64,000 bases of DNA from Cyanobacteria bacterium P01_A01_bin.123. GTDB lineage: Bacteria > Cyanobacteriota > Cyanobacteriia > Phormidesmidales > Phormidesmidaceae. Shown one piece after another: positions 60,657 through 64,000 of the stretch (its first letter is position 1; each line of letters opens with the position of its first letter). The stretch is taken from the NCBI GenBank assembly GCA_039815185.1, contig JBCBZT010000041.1, positions 1 through 64,000 on the forward strand, read 5' to 3'. Under the pieces are notes generated by a model that did not search any database, had not been told where the DNA came from, and saw only the letters and a list, made by a program, of their open reading frames with translations. Position numbers and translations under genes: made by a program.

Positions 60657-61067
60657 ATGGCTCAAATTTTAGATCCTCTACCATCGGACGGTTCAGAACA
60701 TGTTCTGTGCTGTTATGTAAACGCGACTAGTAAAATGCAGGTTGCCCGAATTACGAACATCGACAACTGGTACTTCGAACGAGTTGTTTTTCCAGGGCAG
60801 CGGTTGTTATTCGAGGCTTTGCCCGAGGCCCAACTGGAGATTCATACCGGCATGATGGCCAGCTCTATTTTGTCGGATACGATTCCTTGCAAGCGCCTTG
60901 CGGTTAGTGATGATCCCCAGATTCCGCCTCCGGAAATTGCTAAGGAAGCCCCTCAAGTAAAGTCCCAAGTAGCCGCATCATCGAGTAGTATTTTACCTCG
61001 CGCCTTTTCCGGTAAGGCACGCTCAACTCGCACTCCGGCTACTGCATTGACGTTTGCAGTTGAGTAG
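60657..61067 (+). CDS. DUF1830 domain protein
   Basis: LCCYVNATSKMQVARITNI.NWYFERVVFPGQRLLFEA...A.LEIHT. Confidence 0.88.
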   Translation: MAQILDPLPSDGSEHVLCCYVNATSKMQVARITNIDNWYFERVVFPGQRLLFEALPEAQLEIHTGMMASSILSDTIPCKRLAVSDDPQIPPPEIAKEAPQVKSQVAASSSSILPRAFSGKARSTRTPATALTFAVE

Positions 61068-61140
61068 TTAAATCCTGGCCATAGAGAGGTAAGCCAGCGG
61101 GTGCGGTAGGCTAAAGGTAACGTTTGAGTCTGCTGCACCA

Positions 61141-61578
61141 ATGGATTTACCGTCTTTTATCTGGCTTTGGCGGATCGCCGCTTGGTCGATGGGGTTGACC
61201 CTATCGGCCTACTTTTTGTTGATGGTCAGCGGTGGTAGCTTGTCTTGGATGCGGCAAACAAAACGTCCCCGTCCCCAATGGTTGCGTCCTTTACACATTG
61301 GTATCGGTACCACCCTAGTTGGGTTAGTTTTGCTGCTGCTAACCGTTGGCATCGTTGGGACACTCGGCGAGTTTGGCCGATTGGGGCATTCTGCCCATTT
61401 GCCAGCGGGAATCAGCGTTGTCGCCTTGGTTTTAGCTTCCGCTTGGAGTGCCAGCCGCATCAGTCCTGAAAGAGGTTGGGCGCGATCGCTCCATGTCGGC
61501 ATTAATGGCTTGCTATTTGTAGCCCTCCTGTCTGTGAGTTGGAGCGGCTGGACTGTGGTGCAAAAGTATTTGCCTTGA
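61141..61578 (+). CDS. DUF4079-like membrane protein
   Basis: Four TMs with conserved His (LRPLH, HSAH, ARSLH); ends VVQKYLP. Confidence 0.8.
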   Translation: MDLPSFIWLWRIAAWSMGLTLSAYFLLMVSGGSLSWMRQTKRPRPQWLRPLHIGIGTTLVGLVLLLLTVGIVGTLGEFGRLGHSAHLPAGISVVALVLASAWSASRISPERGWARSLHVGINGLLFVALLSVSWSGWTVVQKYLP

Positions 61579-61638
61579 ACAACCCCACCTTGAACGTGAT
61601 CAACCATTAAAATACTTAGCTTTGAGGACACAGTAGCG

Positions 61639-62253
61639 GTGACCCGTTCCCCTTTAGAAACAAGAGAAACAAGCCCGACCTTAGCAAAGCCCAACGAGAA
61701 CACCATTGTCGATCGATTTCCAATCTCTCCCTTAATTCGGGTGACACTGTTAGGGCTATATTTGGCCCTCATTGGGCCGTTGCCATTTTTAGCGGCCGCT
61801 ACCGACGCCCCCATTTCACCTGTGATCTTAAGTATTGGGATTGGCCTAGGGGCGATCGCGCTCTATGGGGCACTGACTGAACGGGTGATCACCGATGAAT
61901 CGGGCATTCGGGTGACCTATCCGACCTGGGTTAGATGGTTATGGCGTCGGGGTTGGTCACTGAATTGGACTGACATCCGGGCCCTCAAACCGCGTTCTAC
62001 AGGACAGGGGGGCATTGTCTATTACTTTGTCAGCCAAGACAATGAGCAAGCCTACTTGCTACCCATGCGGGTGGCAGGATTTGCCCGACTCGTTCGTACC
62101 GTACAGGCCCAAACTGGTATTGACACCCAGGATGTGCGCCCGCTGTCGCAACCCTGGATGTACCTAATTCTGTTGAGTTTTACGCTAGTGCTGCTTGCCA
62201 TTGACGGCTGGACGATTTGGACTGCTGTGACATTGGGTTTGACCACAGGATAA
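61639..62253 (+). CDS. Conserved cyanobacterial membrane protein
   Basis: SPLIRVTL, RSTGQGGIVYYF, LLPMRVAGF, PLSQPWMY. Confidence 0.75.
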   Translation: MTRSPLETRETSPTLAKPNENTIVDRFPISPLIRVTLLGLYLALIGPLPFLAAATDAPISPVILSIGIGLGAIALYGALTERVITDESGIRVTYPTWVRWLWRRGWSLNWTDIRALKPRSTGQGGIVYYFVSQDNEQAYLLPMRVAGFARLVRTVQAQTGIDTQDVRPLSQPWMYLILLSFTLVLLAIDGWTIWTAVTLGLTTG

Positions 62254-62260
62254 GCGTTTG

Positions 62261-62992
62261 ATGCAGCTAAAACTTCAACGGGTGGGGCTCAAAGCCCCAG
62301 TAGGCATCGGTCAGGCAATCGATGATCTATCGTTTGAGGTGGCTAGTGGCGAGCATATCACCATAATTGGCCCCTCGGGTTCGGGGAAGACGGCACTGTT
62401 GCGACTGCTGAGTCGCCTTATCGAACCCAGTAACGGCAAAATTCAGTTTGAGGGGCGCAATTTTCAAGACTGGCCCGTTATCGAGTTGAGACAACACATT
62501 ACTTTTGTGGGCCAAACGCCCCGATTGTTGGGGATGGACGTTCAAACCGCATTGCAGTACCCGCTGCAATTGCAAAAGGTTCCCCTACTAGAACAGCCCC
62601 AGCGGGTTCACACCCTCTGCGAAAAACTAGAGATGCCTAAATCTTGGCTAGATCGCACTGCCCGAGACCTTTCTCCAGGACAGCAGCAAATTGTCGCGAT
62701 CGCGCGATCGCTCATCCTCCGGCCCAAAGTCTTGCTACTCGATGGCCCCCTAGCGACCTTAGATTCGGGGCAGCTATTGAGATTATTGACCGCCCTAAAG
62801 CAGTTTATTCCAGCCATCACAGTGATCTTAACCAGCCACGATCCAGATGGTATGGCAGACTTTAGCGATCGCTATTTGGTATTACACCAGGGCAAACTGC
62901 AGCAAGATACTGTTGCTGCAGTTTGCGATCGCGAAGCCTTAAAACAGTGGCTCAAACAAACTGCCATGCGCGAATCAGAAGCTTGGCAATAG
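62261..62992 (+). CDS. ABC transporter ATP-binding protein
   Basis: GPSGSGKT, LSPGQQQ, LLLDGP, TSH. Confidence 0.85.
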   Translation: MQLKLQRVGLKAPVGIGQAIDDLSFEVASGEHITIIGPSGSGKTALLRLLSRLIEPSNGKIQFEGRNFQDWPVIELRQHITFVGQTPRLLGMDVQTALQYPLQLQKVPLLEQPQRVHTLCEKLEMPKSWLDRTARDLSPGQQQIVAIARSLILRPKVLLLDGPLATLDSGQLLRLLTALKQFIPAITVILTSHDPDGMADFSDRYLVLHQGKLQQDTVAAVCDREALKQWLKQTAMRESEAWQ

Positions 62993-63000
62993 ATCGACCG

Positions 63001-64000
63001 CTAGATCTTTGCAGGCACCTTGGCAATATTGTCTTCCCACTTGCGCGGGGCACTGGCCCGACGAATATTGCGCCAGATCTGGGTTGCTGCCAGGGTGCCA
63101 TCAGCCACGGCAATGGAGACCTGATTCAACCCCTGCTTCAAATCACCCAGGGCAAAAATACGCTCATGGGTCGTTTGAGTCATGTCGTTAGTAATCAGGT
63201 TTTGGCCATCCCAAGTTAAACTTTCAATACCTTTCAAATATTGGTTGTGATAAATCGATCCCATACTCACCAGCCCAGTCGTGGCTTCAACCACCCTGCC
63301 GTCAGCCAATTCAACCCCGCTAAGCTGATGATTTTCACCCAAAAACTTGGCAATGGGTGCTTCGTAAAGGGGATACCCATAATCCGCTAACTTCTGTTTC
63401 ATCGCATCGCTCACCGGAAATCGGCCGTGGGTGAGCACTGAAATATAGGGCGTAAACCAATTCAACACGAACGCTGCATTGATTTGACCCTCAGACCCGG
63501 CAATTAGAACTGCTTTTTGATCCCACATGTCAAAGCCATCGCAAATCATGCAAACATGCAGGGTGTAGCCCGCATAGTCGTAAACGTTTTGCATATTCTC
63601 TAGCTCGGGCAACACATCAATCACCCCAGAGGCAGCAATCAAATATTTAGTGCGAAACACAGGGTAAGTGCTGTCTTTCCGACCCACCTTGACCTTGACT
63701 GCTAATGCATCACCTTCGTCGGTCACCTCTTCAACAAATCCCCGCAGATAATCAGCCCCCCAATCTAGGGATTGTTTCATCCCATGGGTCAAGATGTCTC
63801 GCCCTGGTGTCTCAGGATCAAGGCCCAAATAATTACGCAAATCTTGCATCCAAAGTGAGCGTCCCCGACCTTTTTCAATCACCAGACACTTGAGGCCGTA
63901 GCGGGCTAAGTAGATTGCGGCTGACAGCCCTCCCATCCCGCCACCGACAACAACGGCATCGTAGAGGGTATCAAGGCGAGTATCCAGATTTTTACTAGAG
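63001..64000 (-). CDS. Thioredoxin-reductase-fold flavoprotein (DDOR-like), 5' end outside the window
   Basis: YDAVVVGGGMGGLSAA, CMIC redox motif, FALGD; no GxGxxA NADPH motif; frame stays open to 64000. Confidence 0.8.
   Translation of the reverse strand, partial: SSKNLDTRLDTLYDAVVVGGGMGGLSAAIYLARYGLKCLVIEKGRGRSLWMQDLRNYLGLDPETPGRDILTHGMKQSLDWGADYLRGFVEEVTDEGDALAVKVKVGRKDSTYPVFRTKYLIAASGVIDVLPELENMQNVYDYAGYTLHVCMICDGFDMWDQKAVLIAGSEGQINAAFVLNWFTPYISVLTHGRFPVSDAMKQKLADYGYPLYEAPIAKFLGENHQLSGVELADGRVVEATTGLVSMGSIYHNQYLKGIESLTWDGQNLITNDMTQTTHERIFALGDLKQGLNQVSIAVADGTLAATQIWRNIRRASAPRKWEDNIAKVPAKI

Overview
From ~881 onward the window is cyanobacterial DNA. HIP1 octamers (GCGATCGC) recur throughout, and it carries ndhP, GUN4-domain, Tic22, DICT and DUF1830 genes; it resembles a Leptolyngbyaceae-type filamentous strain. 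The first ~880 bp look alphaproteobacterial (ftsB) and join abruptly, probably at a contig junction. 0.9-19.4 kb is an accessory region: secreted YHYH-type and Gly/Pro-rich proteins, a MacAB-like exporter and a HisKA_3/NarL two-component pair with candidate binding boxes. These surround a complete mannitol/polyol uptake and catabolism cluster with a SorC-type regulator, paired palindromic operators and two copies of a hairpin element. 19.4-27.1 kb holds the best candidate for an undescribed system: a coupled pair of AAA_35 ATPases (HTH-TIR-AAA and AAA-4xGAF of CyaB type) followed by a GGDEF gene, divergent from a small ORF and a soluble NfeD-like gene. The rest is mostly core genome and signalling genes, plus a candidate Cys-rich leader peptide and an NtcA-type promoter. 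No rRNA, tRNA, CRISPR array or transposase was recognised. All calls come from reading motifs by eye; no searches were run.
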